The position numbers were made by a program, and so were the translations under genes. Under the pieces are notes generated by a model. It was not told the origin of the DNA. It did not search any database and saw only the letters and a program-made list of their open reading frames with translations. From the NCBI RefSeq assembly GCF_001194135.2, contig NC_068988.1, positions 90,037,475 through 90,101,474 on the forward strand: 64,000 nt of DNA, in the 5' to 3' direction. Positions 52,675-64,000 of the stretch are shown in pieces. Origin of the DNA: Octopus bimaculoides. Its lineage: Eukaryota. Every line of letters starts with the position of its first letter. Position 1 is the first letter of the stretch.

Positions 52675-52869
52675 AACAACAAAGAAGATGAGGACAAAAA
52701 TCCGTCAATTGTAAATTATGTACATAATTCCTCATCTCTTAAATATAGAACTATATATATATANNNNNNNNNNNNNNNNNNNNNNNNNNNNNNNNNNNNN
52801 NNNNNNNNNNGTGTGAGAGAGAGATAGCAAGGAAAGTGGGAGAGAAAAGGAGAGACCAAGTTTCTATTA

Positions 52870-53200
52870 TTCTTTTATTCGTTTTTTGTTTCTGTCATCT
52901 CACTGTGGCCATGCTGGAGCACGGCCTTTAGTCGAACAAATCGATCCCAGGACTTATTCTTAGTAACCCTAATACTTATTTTGTCGGTCACTTTTGCCGA
53001 ACTGCTAAGTTACTGGGACGTATACACACCAACATCGGTTCTCAAGTGATAGAGGGGGACAAATCAGACACAAACACGACATGCTTCTTCCAGTTTCCGT
53101 CTTCCAAATCCACTCACAAACCTTTGCTCGGCCCGAAGTTACAGTAGAAGATACTTGCCCAAGGTGACACGAAGTGCGACTGAACCCAGAAACATGGCCA
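52870..53200 (-). mobile_element. Near-complete SINE family B copy (tRNA head, CORE-like domain, 3' tail)
   Basis: Minus strand ggttcagtcgcac..ccttgggcaagtatcttctactg..gatttggaagacggaaactgg..gttcggcaaaag..ctccagcatggccacagtgagatgacagaaac. Confidence 0.8.
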
Positions 53201-53899
53201 CTGCTGTGTCTATTAGATTATTTTCTGCGCATACTGAATTTCTATTTCACATTATAAACGTGCATACGAAATATATGATCAGATAACAGACAAAGACAAC
53301 TTACGGCTAGTTTTCAGATCCTCTATATCTGAATGGTGGCAAGGAATTCATTGTCTTTACGCTTTCACCCGAGCACATATCTTGCAGCACATTGGACTCC
53401 ACTATAGATAACAAGTGTCAGATGATGTTGTTTAACAATTTGAGGGATTATGTTTCTAATCCCAGAGCACATTAATTCTATCTGATGGAGTTCATCGATA
53501 CCACATTTTATATGCACACCTAATCAACCAAATCATTGGCTACATTATCCTTAATTTGTCATCTACATTTCTACATTAAATATCAGCTAAGATCTGCTTA
53601 AAATCGCAGTTAGTTATTTTCAAGAGTTCAGAAATCTCGGAAATTCTGTACGTTTTACGACATACGTACAGGGTATACGACTGTGGCTTTCACAACTAGA
53701 TTAAAATAGAGTCTATGTTTTAAGACACTAAAGCTAGAGCCCAGAACTAGTTGTAATGCCATGTATAGAACGTACTATTTATGTCGATAAGCGTATCATT
53801 AATATGATTATTAATATCAATCTGTAGTTTATCGCAGCGGAATTGGAAAACCCTCTTAAGCATATACATTATTGGAAGACATTGTAAAGCCGTCAGTTA

Positions 53900-54500
53900 A
53901 GATTTCAGCAAACACATGCACACTAAAACTGAAAAAATTCAAGTAAGATCGCATCAAATTCTTCCACCTTCTCAACACGTAAAACACCAGAATTACTTCA
54001 TCAAGCAACACGTTGAATGACTTACTCAAAACAATATACATCGTCCCAAAAACGAAATCAATTCTATCAAGAACATCAATAATCCTCTGATTTGCAGCTT
54101 TAATAATATCCTCTCACAAACTTTTTACTGTTATCATCTATATTCTCAACACTCTCTGTACACAGAACCTCGGAGAAATCCTCAACAATCGTCTGAGTTA
54201 GAAACTCTCATATCAAATGAAGAGAAAGCGAATACTTGAGCTAAAACGCGAGTTGACCTTAATTATCTCATCGCATAAATCCTTCACTCCTCATATCACA
54301 TCTTTGTATACAAATATCTATCACCTATTTTTGTATACAAAACTTTGGATAATGCCTCGACAAAATTCTGAGAAAGACATTGTCACGTCGTCAAAATACA
54401 TCAAGAAAATACTTGCGCTTCACCTCAGGCTTACGAAAAAATACTTATTTATGTTTTCATCAATATCCTCAATTATAGACTCACTAAAGACTCAATAGAA
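53900..54500 (+). mobile_element. Possible Penelope-like reverse transcriptase remnant, highly degenerate
   Basis: ITSLYTNIYH (about 54295-54324) resembles the PLE RT motif D(I/V)TSLYTNIPH; no YxDD motif found. Confidence 0.45.
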
Positions 54501-54899
54501 TCTAACCAAAAATGCATTTGTAAATAATCTTACAAAAGAAAATACATGTATATAAACTTATTGCGATTGTTATTTTTTTTTCTTTTCTTTTACTGAAAAT
54601 TCTAATATTTCGTCGTTTAGAAAAACTAAAGTAAAAATATAAAATATTTAAACGAACACATTTTTTTTTCTTCACTTTCAATAACCAGAAATTATCGGAT
54701 GTTGTTTTACACGATTCCCCCTGTGGCATTGACAGACCATGACGGGGAAATTCTGTAATTCTGACTGACATCTTAATGAAACTCTGCTTAGGAAAACATA
54801 AAAAGAACTGAAATAAAAATTAAAAGAAAAAAATATAACAAAACGACATCAGAAAGCTTTCTGTTTTCTCTATTTTCTGCAAATGGAGAATCGATAATT

Positions 54900-55058
54900 C
54901 AGTGAGAATGTTGTTGTTGATTTAAATGATAATAACAATAATTCTTTTCTCTCGAGTTGAGGAGGAGTAGGACTACAGGGACGACGACGACATCTATGGC
55001 AATGATAATGGCGTTGCTGTTGTTGATGATGATGATGATGACGACGATGATGATGATA

Positions 55059-55102
<44 letters not shown>

Positions 55103-55206
55103 AATGATGGTGGCGGTGGTGGTCGTGGTGGTGGTCGTGGTGATGATGATGATGATGATGATGATGATGTTGATGATAATGATGATGATGATGATGATGT
55201 TGATGG

Positions 55207-55256
<50 letters not shown>

Positions 55257-55263
55257 ATGATGG

Positions 55264-55299
<36 letters not shown>

Positions 55300-55625
55300 C
55301 GATGGTGGTGATGATGGTAATGATGATCGTCATCATTGTTGTTGTAACCGTCGTGATAATAACAGTCACCATGGAGAAGAGGATAAAATGATTATGATAA
55401 TAATGAGATGTGGATGATGATGAGGATGATGATAGATGTGGCGATGACGATTATGCTGATGACAAACATCATCATCGTTCAACGTGATCGTCGTCGTCGT
55501 CGTCATCATCATTATCATCGGGAGGAAGATTAAAATGATTATGAAGATAGTGATGAATAGAATGGTAAGGAAGAGAAAGAAGACAAGGAGAAAGATCAAA
55601 TGATTATGGTGAGAATAATAATTAC

Positions 55626-55661
<36 letters not shown>

Positions 55662-55793
55662 GGTAGTGGTGGTGGTGATGATAATGACGATGATGATGAT
55701 GATGAAGATGATGATGAGGAGGAGGAGGAGGAGGAGGAGGAGGATGAGGATGAAGGTAGTGGTGGTGGTGATGATAATGATGAGGTTCGTGAA

Positions 55794-55843
<50 letters not shown>

Positions 55844-55861
55844 CGGTGGTGGTGGTGGTGG

Positions 55862-55892
<31 letters not shown>

Positions 55893-55895
55893 ATC
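54900..55895. repeat. About 1-kb compound trinucleotide array, (GAT)n with (GGT)n, (GAG)n and (GTC)n blocks
   Basis: Directly visible; generates poly-M, poly-H and poly-I pseudo-ORFs. Confidence 0.95.
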
Positions 55896-56225
55896 CAATA
55901 TGACTAATCGTAACAGTTGAATAATACATCAGATCAACCAGGTCACCGATGTTTGATGTGATGTTGACTCCAATTGAACTATTCTCTATGACAAGCAAAC
56001 GGACACATACACACACACACACGCACACGCAGACACACACATACAGGGTCACACGCATACGCACGAAGTAGCACACAGTACCGCACACACATGCACATAT
56101 GTATTCACATTCAAAAGTACATAAAGATATATTATTATTCATAGAAGATACATCAACTCACACAATTTTCTATAGAAGCATGATAGCATAGTCATGTTTA
56201 TTTAGAAAATTATTTGATAATCGCA

Positions 56226-56388
56226 TCAATGAAGGAATATTTGTGCTTTAAACATCCCACCAACTGTCCTCGGCCAACAAGAAATAACAGCACAATATCC
56301 TTGTCCTTCGAATGAATCCCAGTTGATATTTGAAAGGAAGTGGGGATACATTCGATCATATATCTTCTGGAGCAGACTTGGGACACCA
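56226..56388 (-). CDS. Candidate terminal coding exon, GVPSLLQKIYDRMYPHFLSNINWDSFEGQGYCAVISCWPRTVGGMFKAQIFLH*
   Basis: Acceptor gcgtggttgttcag, open frame to TGA at 56226-28, AATAAA on - at 56197-56202, non-repetitive composition. No homologue recognised. Confidence 0.3.
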
Positions 56389-57186
56389 CTGAACAACCAC
56401 GCGAATTAGAAATAGTAGCATTAACCACATTTTCTTCAAACCTTAATATACTGTCTTTATAAATGATGGAAATAGTGTATAATGTAATTCGAAGGACACT
56501 AGAAATGAATTAAAGATGTGATGGTCATGGATAGAAAACCCCTGTTCAGTTTTTTACTAGCTCACACTAAGAACTTAGTTATACATACACAGACTGACAA
56601 TGATATCCTAGACAAATATGACGACAACACACAGTTAAATGAAATAATTAGATGGTATTTCAACATATGACACACGTGACCACATTTTGTATATATTAAT
56701 ATGGATGCAAATACTAAAACGCAGGTTTACTTAGTGCTACGTATGTTTATAGTGAAGCAATAGTGCAACGTATATGAATAGTGCTACGTATATGAATAGT
56801 GAAGCAATAATGATAGATTATAACTGTCTTCAGTATATAGGTTACAACACATTTTCCAAAACGGGGATCCATAGAACTCACATAGTTGACTGTGTGTAAT
56901 AGAAGAACGTTGTCTTAATATATAGTGATATATTGCATGTCTCTATTATGAAGGAAGTTACTATGTTTAAAAGACTGGTCATTGCGAGAATTGTCATTAA
57001 AATCACGTAAAGCTTTCATATCAAATAGCTTTCTTGTTTGATAAGTTACATCAAATCTTACCCATGGAATATTTTGACGTATACAGTTATGTGGTTACTC
57101 GATATGAGAGATTTGATACTTTTATGCGGACGCATACAATGTGTGTGCGTGTGTGTGTGTGCGTGTGTGTGTGTGTGTGCGTGCGT

Positions 57187-57552
57187 GGAGGTGCAAGGGC
57201 CCAGTGGTTAGGGCAGCGGACTCGCGGTCGTAGGATCGCGGTTTCGATTCACACACCGGGCGTTGTGAGTGTTTATTGAGCGAAAACACCTAAAGCTCCA
57301 CGAGGTTCCGGTAGGGGATTTTGGCGAACCCTGCTGTACTCTTTCACCACAACTTTCTCTCACTCTACTTTCTTGTTTCTGTTGTACCTGTATTTCAAAG
57401 GACCTGCCTTGTCACACTCTGTGTCACGCTGAATCTCCCCCGAGAACTACGTTAAAGGTACACGTGTCTGTGGAGTGCTCAGCCACTTGCACGTTAATTT
57501 CACGAGCAGGCTGTTCCGTTGATCGGATGAACTGGAACCCTCGTCATCGTCG
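57187..57552 (+). mobile_element. tRNA-derived SINE family D, relatively young-looking
   Basis: Head ggcccagtggttagggcagcggactcgcgg..ggtttcgattc; long 3' tail also found degenerate at 12650 and 19195. Confidence 0.8.
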
Positions 57553-58929
57553 TGTGTGTGTTNNNNNNNNNNNNNNNNNNNNNNNNNNNNNNNNNNNNNN
57601 NNNNNNNNNNNNNNNNNNNNNNNNNNNNNNNNNNNNNNNNNNNNNNNNNNNNNNNGGCTTATATAATTCAGGTTCATGTTGAAGTACCAATCGACCTACG
57701 CAACAATTCTTAATGATGTAAAATTCATTCTTAAATGAAGAAATCAAGCAAAACTCAGCTGTAAGTGTTTGCGAACATAAAAAAAAAGCAAAAGGGATAT
57801 AATTTCCTTTTAATAAAATTCAGTTTCTCAAAAATTGTATTTCCATTCATATGGTGAACATTTTTGTTATAAACTAAAGTAGCAGTTATTGGTCCATGAC
57901 TTTCTTAATGAAGCTGATCAACGTAAGATAAGCTACTGAAGCCTCTTTTGATAAGTGGCAGGGAATTAGGAAGATGTTAATGTGCTAAATAAAAATGTGA
58001 AATGTGAAGATAACATGTAAGATTTATCGGTTAAATACAGTAGGTGATAGAGTATTAAAGCTTCACTGTGTTCCATTATTCGTTTCTAATTTCTAAATGA
58101 GAAATATCATGTGTCTGTATTTCCCGAACAATTCTGATCTCTTAATAAAGGAGCCCGGTATAGAATGCTGATCATCTGGAAACAAAATCTTTTCTGTAAC
58201 AGGTTGGCACTACTTTTGTGTGGTCTCAAAGGTTTCAACATATTTTGTACTTCAGTTTCTTTATTTTAGTATAAACTTGATTTTTAATTACATTATTTCT
58301 GAGGCGCTCATTCTAGTGCCATCTTAGAATTAGAAGAAACGCTGTTTGAGTAACTGTAATTTACTTTTATTTTGATGCAATTGAATAAAGTTGTCTAAAA
58401 ACGTGCGTTTCAATCAGGGCTGTGCCATTTAAAAGACAGGTTCGTGTAAAACATTTGCATTAAGGCTGATAGTGTTTATGCTCTTAGAGTTTACGTGTAG
58501 ACTAAATTATATCTTTGATACACTGTCTTCTAAGCCACTATTTAACGGTGAGTTTTCAAAATCTGTTGCTGGTGTCGTTCATTAAACTTTTGAAAACCTT
58601 GATTAGTGTGCGGAATTTTATCCATTAGGTACAATAGATAATTACACGAGCGTTTCATTCTGCTTAATTATCAGCCTTTTAAGAATATATATTTACTGTA
58701 TGTGTGTATATATGTATGTGTGTGTGAGTGTGTGTGTATATGTGTGCGAGCATATGTGTTGATGTAGACGATACAGTTTGGAACGCTTATCCAAGTCACT
58801 TAAATTTTACACTTTTGAAAATAGTAGAAATGTGAAAGAAGCTAATTTTATTAATATTAATATTAATAAATTCTTCTTACACATGCGCAGTGCATTTCTA
58901 ATTTTTGTCATGCCCTTTATGCACACACG

Positions 58930-59031
<102 letters not shown>

Positions 59032-59837
59032 ATGTATTCACACTCATGCATATGCATGTACATATATATACATATATATATATAATCTATATTTTCTGAG
59101 AAGGGGAATATATATGATGTATACTGTTTACATTTATTCATGTGGTGTCCTCATATCGGAGACAAATTGAAATCACAAATCTCCGATAATGACACCTGTT
59201 AATGATGAGAATCGGAACTAATCGAGTTTCAATGCGTATATATTTATATTAAACGTAAATTTCACTCTGCTACTAATAAAATAATTACTTCAAAAAAAAA
59301 ATCTAGAATCATAATCTTATTTAACAAAATCTCCTCTTAAACATCGCCGCATTATAGTTAAATATGCAACTAATTTTCCTCCATAATGAATCTATGTCGC
59401 AATACAATATATGCCACGTGTAGGCCCGGAAACATAACCCTTATATCCATTCCGAAAACTGAAAGCGTGTCTACATTATTCGCTATCTTGAAATTGGTAT
59501 TTTGGACTACAATCTCATCTTTCAGTTAACAAGAACACATGTTAATTACCAAAAAATTCCCCGTTAATTTAGCATGTAATAACGTTTGCTACATTGTACC
59601 TGAGTTCTAAAGCATGATTTTTAAATCATTATTATTGGGTTGTTTGTTTTCAAAAGACATTTTCATTTCTGTATCTTATTAATTTTTGTCTGTTGGTGTT
59701 AATATTCTCCCTCTGTTATTTCCTCACTTTAACTCAGACATTTTTTTTTTGTTCGGGGTGATTATAATTGTGATAAATCCTGCACATTCTCATTTACTTG
59801 TATTATTAACAGAATCAATTACTATTATTAACAGATT

Positions 59838-59896
<59 letters not shown>

Positions 59897-60067
59897 ATGA
59901 TAATAATATAATTATGACATTTATCAAATTTAATTCCGACGACAGAAATCTGCACTAATACAATTTCTAAACCATAACACGATGGTGCCAACTGAAATAA
60001 CAGATGTAATCAAAGAGAGAGATTATAATCACAGCGATGCAGACGAGTGATTCATAGCAACAGTTGC

Positions 60068-60117
<50 letters not shown>

Positions 60118-60613
60118 TAATAATAATAATAGTTTCTTTTATCGGCCACAACAGCCCAAGACATGGATGACAGTATCAAAGGACGAGTTACAATACACAA
60201 AGGCTTGTAGGATTTCAAATCGATCAAAGNNNNNNNNNNNNNNNNNNNNNNNNNNNNNNNNNNNNNNNNNNNNNNNNNNNNNNNNNNNNNNNNNNNNNNN
60301 NNNNNNNNNNNNNNNNNNNNNNNNNNNNNNNNNNNNNNNNNNNNNNNNNNNNNNNNNNNNNNNNNNNNNNNNNNNNNNNNNNNNNNNNNNNNNNNNNNNN
60401 NNNNNNNNNNNNNNNNNNNNNNNNNNNNNNNNNNNNNNNNNNNNNNNNNNNNNNNNNNNNNNNNNNNNNNNNNNNNNNNNNNNNNNNNNNNNNNNNNNNN
60501 NNNNNNNNNNNNNNNNNNNNNNNNNNNNNNNNNNNNNNNNNNNNNNNNNNNNNNNNNNNNNNNNNNNNNNNNNNNNNNNNNNNNNNNNNNNNNNNNNNNN
60601 NNNNNNNNNNNNN

Positions 60614-60679
<66 letters not shown>

Positions 60680-61629
60680 TGCGTGTGTGCGTGTGTGTGT
60701 TAATTTGTTTTTACAATAAAGAAGTGTGTGTGTGTGTACAATTAGGTGGCTGCTTTTGCTTGGTTAATATACTATTTTCTAGACTTCTGTACGTGGTGAG
60801 TGTTTTTATTTACTTATTTAAGTAATGTTTCCCCCTTTCTGTATGCGCATGCGCGCGCGTGTGTATATGCAAAGTCTTTCTGCTGGTTATTTTGAATGGG
60901 TTTACTTGATGAAAGTCAAACTGAAGAGAAACTTAAGCGGAAGTCCAACTGGCTATTTTGGAGGGATTTCTATTAGGAAATAAAAACATGTATTTTCTTC
61001 TATTTGCATAGAACATCTATGTATACATGTGTGTGTACCTGAGTGTTTGTATGTGTGTGTCTGTTTCTATTCATGTGTGTGTTTCTGTTTGTGTGTGTGC
61101 ATCTGTGTGTGAGTGTGTGTACACATGTGCGTGTGTCTGTATGCAAAAAATCTTTACTACAAAGTACTGTTACTGTATATCTTAGGTTGAGAGATTAAAA
61201 AATAGTAATTTTCTAATCTATAATTTCATGGAATACATCATGATGCTCTCGTCTCATCAAATCTGCGAAATGTACAAACTGACCAACAATTGATCGTCCT
61301 ATTAAATTTCTAATCATTGTTAGAAACATTTAAGAAATTTACAGTTGGTGGTACTACAATATGTTGTTTAGCAGAATGAGGTTGTACGTTGCAAAATAGG
61401 TAACAGGCAATTCTATTCCAAACGTGTCAGCAAACGTAGGGACTTTACGTATAAAGGCTGGTACTGGCTAAACAAGATTGTATGCTAGTAAACTGTAGTC
61501 AGTAGTCATGACATTTGACTGTGACAAAATATATTTGAAGATAGTTCTAAAAAAAAAAATAAACATTCATAGTGCTATATTGTTTATTACATTAAAGGGG
61601 TGATACGTTTAATGAATGCGTTAGCAATA

Positions 61630-61911
61630 AATAAATAAATTAATAAATAAATAAATAAATAAATGCGCCCTTTTAAAGCCTAGCCAGGCTCATGGGCCCG
61701 GTTTCCTGGTTTCAATGGCGTTTGCGTTCCCCAGCTGGACGAGATGCCAGTCCATCGCAGCGTTACTCATTTTTGCCAGCTAAGTGGACTGGAGCAACGT
61801 GAAATGAAGTGTTTTGCTCAAGAACACAACGCGTAGCCCGGTCCAGGAATCGAGACCACAAACTTACGATCATGATGCTGACACCCTAATCACTAAGCCA
61901 CGCGACTCCAC
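61630..61911 (-). mobile_element. Full-length SINE family C with (TTTA)n tail and perfect 13-bp target-site duplication
   Basis: TSD tgcgttagcaata at 61617-61629 and 61912-61924; A-box tggcttagtgatt, B-box ggtctcgattcc. Confidence 0.92.
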
Positions 61912-62029
61912 TGCGTTAGCAATACATTTACTTAATTCCTCGTTATGAAAGAGGTCTGATTAATTATAGCAAAAATAATAGTCTAATAGTTTAGTTAAGT
62001 GAGACGGAGCAAATTATGATTTAGGGAAA

Positions 62030-62756
62030 TTTTTCATTCGTTATCCACATGCAGATGTCCTAGTTTTTGCATGAGTGCATTAACGTCAATACAGAAACAG
62101 GCATTATTTTCTTGCTTGAAAAATACAGATACGCCTTCATGGGGGGAACGAAACATGGAAATGTTCGTACCTTGCTGTAGGAGATTCTGTTGTTATGACC
62201 TGGATCCCAAAACTACTGCCTTCTCTTTTGACAATGCTAAGTCTCTTGCTAAATCGTTCAAAGCTTCTAGATTAGACAAGCGTGGCTCAGTGTTCTTCGA
62301 AACAACTACGTACTCTTCGACGATAGGAGAATTAGGGAGTTCATCGTGTGACGCGTCAATGTCTTAAAGTGAATCATGTGAGAGGAAAACTGGGACAGGG
62401 TTCTCGAAGTCATGTGGGACCGGTTTGGGAGTCGTCTTACAATCTGCATTACAAAATTTTAGTTTCGGTTTTCTTTGAGAAACCACTAATATTAGTCACG
62501 CAAAAGTAACAATAAGAGACATGATTGGTTGGCACACGCCATACCATTGGTACAGCAAAAAGCATTCCCTTCCGTTTTCCATTCAGCCACTCCTATTTTA
62601 GAAAATTTTATAACACGGCCTATATCTAGCTGGAAGTGTAGTTATAATATTGCGCATGCGCATAACTCAAAATACTGACGTACTAGAACAATTCTGAGTG
62701 CGCTTTTGGAATCAGCATCCTCGATTTAGACTAAAACACATGCTTTTACCCCAATA
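62030..62756 (-). mobile_element. Chapaev3-type (CMC superfamily) DNA transposon, 5' portion, degenerate
   Basis: Minus strand reads WLNGKRKGMLFAVPMVWRVPTNHVSYCYFC, PKPVPHD, LNDLARDLALSKEKAVVLGSR..NLL, FCIDVNALMQKLG. Putative terminus ttttaccccaata at about 62744-62756. Confidence 0.75.
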
Positions 62757-63024
62757 GCAAAATCTTTGTTGTCCAGTGTTATTTATGTGAATGTATATAT
62801 ATATATATATGTGGGGGGAGGGGGTGTACGCGCGTGTGTGTGTGTGCGTATGTCTCTTTCTCTATGTGCGAGCGTTTGTGTGAGTATGCAAGGAAGTGAG
62901 TATGTGGGTAAAATGGAAGAGAAAAATTATTTTGATTATAATCTCTGTAATGGACATATTTGCAAACCGGAATTTTGAATACAAAATTTTGATCTATATT
63001 TGGTATCCATAACCCTGTCAAGAC

Positions 63025-63072
<48 letters not shown>

Positions 63073-63371
63073 NNNNNNNNNNNNNNNNNNNNNNNNNNNN
63101 NNNNNNNNNNNNNNNNNNNNNNNNNNNNNNNNNNNNNNNNNNNNNNNNNNNNNNNNNNNNNNNNNNNNNNNNNNNNNNNNNNNNNNNNNNNNNNNNNNNN
63201 NNNNNNNNNNNNNNNNNNNNNNNNNNNNNNNNNNNNNNNNNNNNNNNNNNNNNNNNNNNNNNNNNNNNNNNNNNNNNNNNNNNNNNNNNNNNNNNNNNNN
63301 NNNNNNNNNNNNNNNNNNNNNNNNNNNNNNNNNNNNNNNNNNNNNNNTATATATATATATATATATATATG

Positions 63372-63570
63372 GGAGAATATACAAATAATAACAACAGACG
63401 AGGACAGGTGGTGTAAATAACAAAAGTATATATTAGTATGACGCTCGGGAATACGGAAAGTCTTTGACGTTTCGAGCTACGCTCTTCAACAGAAAGAATA
63501 CGGAGACAAGGAGAAAAACACGGAGAAAAAAAAATGAATAGTGTTCAGTCAACGGTGCACAAAGAAACAT
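63372..63570 (-). mobile_element. PLE-like terminal repeat fragment ending in (TA)n
   Basis: Non-coding; contains the hammerhead-like motif below and abuts a microsatellite. Confidence 0.5.
63461..63497 (-). ncRNA. Minimal type-I hammerhead-like motif with a CUGUUGA core variant
   Basis: tcttt CTGTTGA a gagc gta gctc GAA ACGT C aaaga: stems I and II perfectly paired, palindromic ACGT stem III, GUC triplet. Confidence 0.65.
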
Positions 63571-64000
63571 ACACATCCACGAAACACACTCATATATACA
63601 CCACCCACACTCGCATACAAACAAAAACACACATATAGGTATATAGACATGGACCTATACTTATAGATAGACAAACATGTGTGCGCACACATAATCTCCG
63701 AATTATAAAATGATAATCCTTAACAACCGAATGAAATCAAGCATAACCGGTTTATGCATCATTCCCGAGATACATAACAATGCACATTTGCACACATACG
63801 GACACACGCACACACACATGTGCACACACATGTGTGTTTGCGTGTTTGTAGTGTTTTGTATGTGTGTGCATGGGTGTGCGTGTGTGTATGTGTATGTGTG
63901 CGGAAATATATATATATTTACACCCAAAGTGCATATATGGATATGTATATATACATGCATATCTATATGAATGTGTAATATATATATATATATATATATA

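Larger units (their letters stand above)
52271..52752. mobile_element. Composite element: inverted PLE-like terminal repeats, each with a hammerhead remnant, around a tRNA-derived head and (AAT/AAC)n
   Basis: Left arm 52271-52420 is the reverse complement of right arm 52579-52721; tRNA-like sequence on - at 52486-52560; microsatellite at 52421-52485. Confidence 0.85.

Noticed and set aside
55366-56142. 258-aa His-rich ORF and the overlapping poly-Met/poly-Ile ORFs
   Set aside because: Produced by the trinucleotide array; no splice or homology support.
57187-57262. tRNA-like sequences here and at 52486, 61840 and 43117 as tRNA genes
   Set aside because: They lack a proper acceptor stem and cloverleaf and continue into SINE bodies.
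62071-62367. 98-aa + strand ORF
   Set aside because: Antisense shadow of the Chapaev-type transposase on the - strand.

Overview
Eukaryotic, AT-rich, microsatellite-saturated genomic DNA from a gapped draft assembly (15 N runs, most abutting simple repeats). The style of the SINEs and microsatellites suggests a cephalopod (Octopus-like) genome; this is inference. No complete intact protein-coding gene, rRNA, true tRNA or CRISPR array is supportable, and most entries in the ORF track are artefacts of microsatellites or N runs. The window is a graveyard of mobile elements: a dead hAT transposase, an R4/Dong-clade LINE, two mariners and a maT-like Tc1/mariner, a Chapaev-type transposon, a Gypsy LTR remnant with a nested Tx1/L1 fragment, Penelope-like (PLE) GIY-YIG and RT remnants, and at least four tRNA-derived SINE families. 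A few short segments have good splice signals and may be exons of a long-intron host gene. The most interesting signal is three unrelated short non-coding elements carrying minimal type-I hammerhead-ribozyme-like motifs with palindromic stem III (39.5-39.9 kb, 52.3-52.75 kb, 63.4-63.5 kb). Two are built as inverted repeats with divergent hammerheads, one has a 13-bp target-site duplication, and one has a tRNA-derived Pol III head. Together they suggest a family of PLE-mobilised, ribozyme-bearing SINE/retrozyme-like elements.
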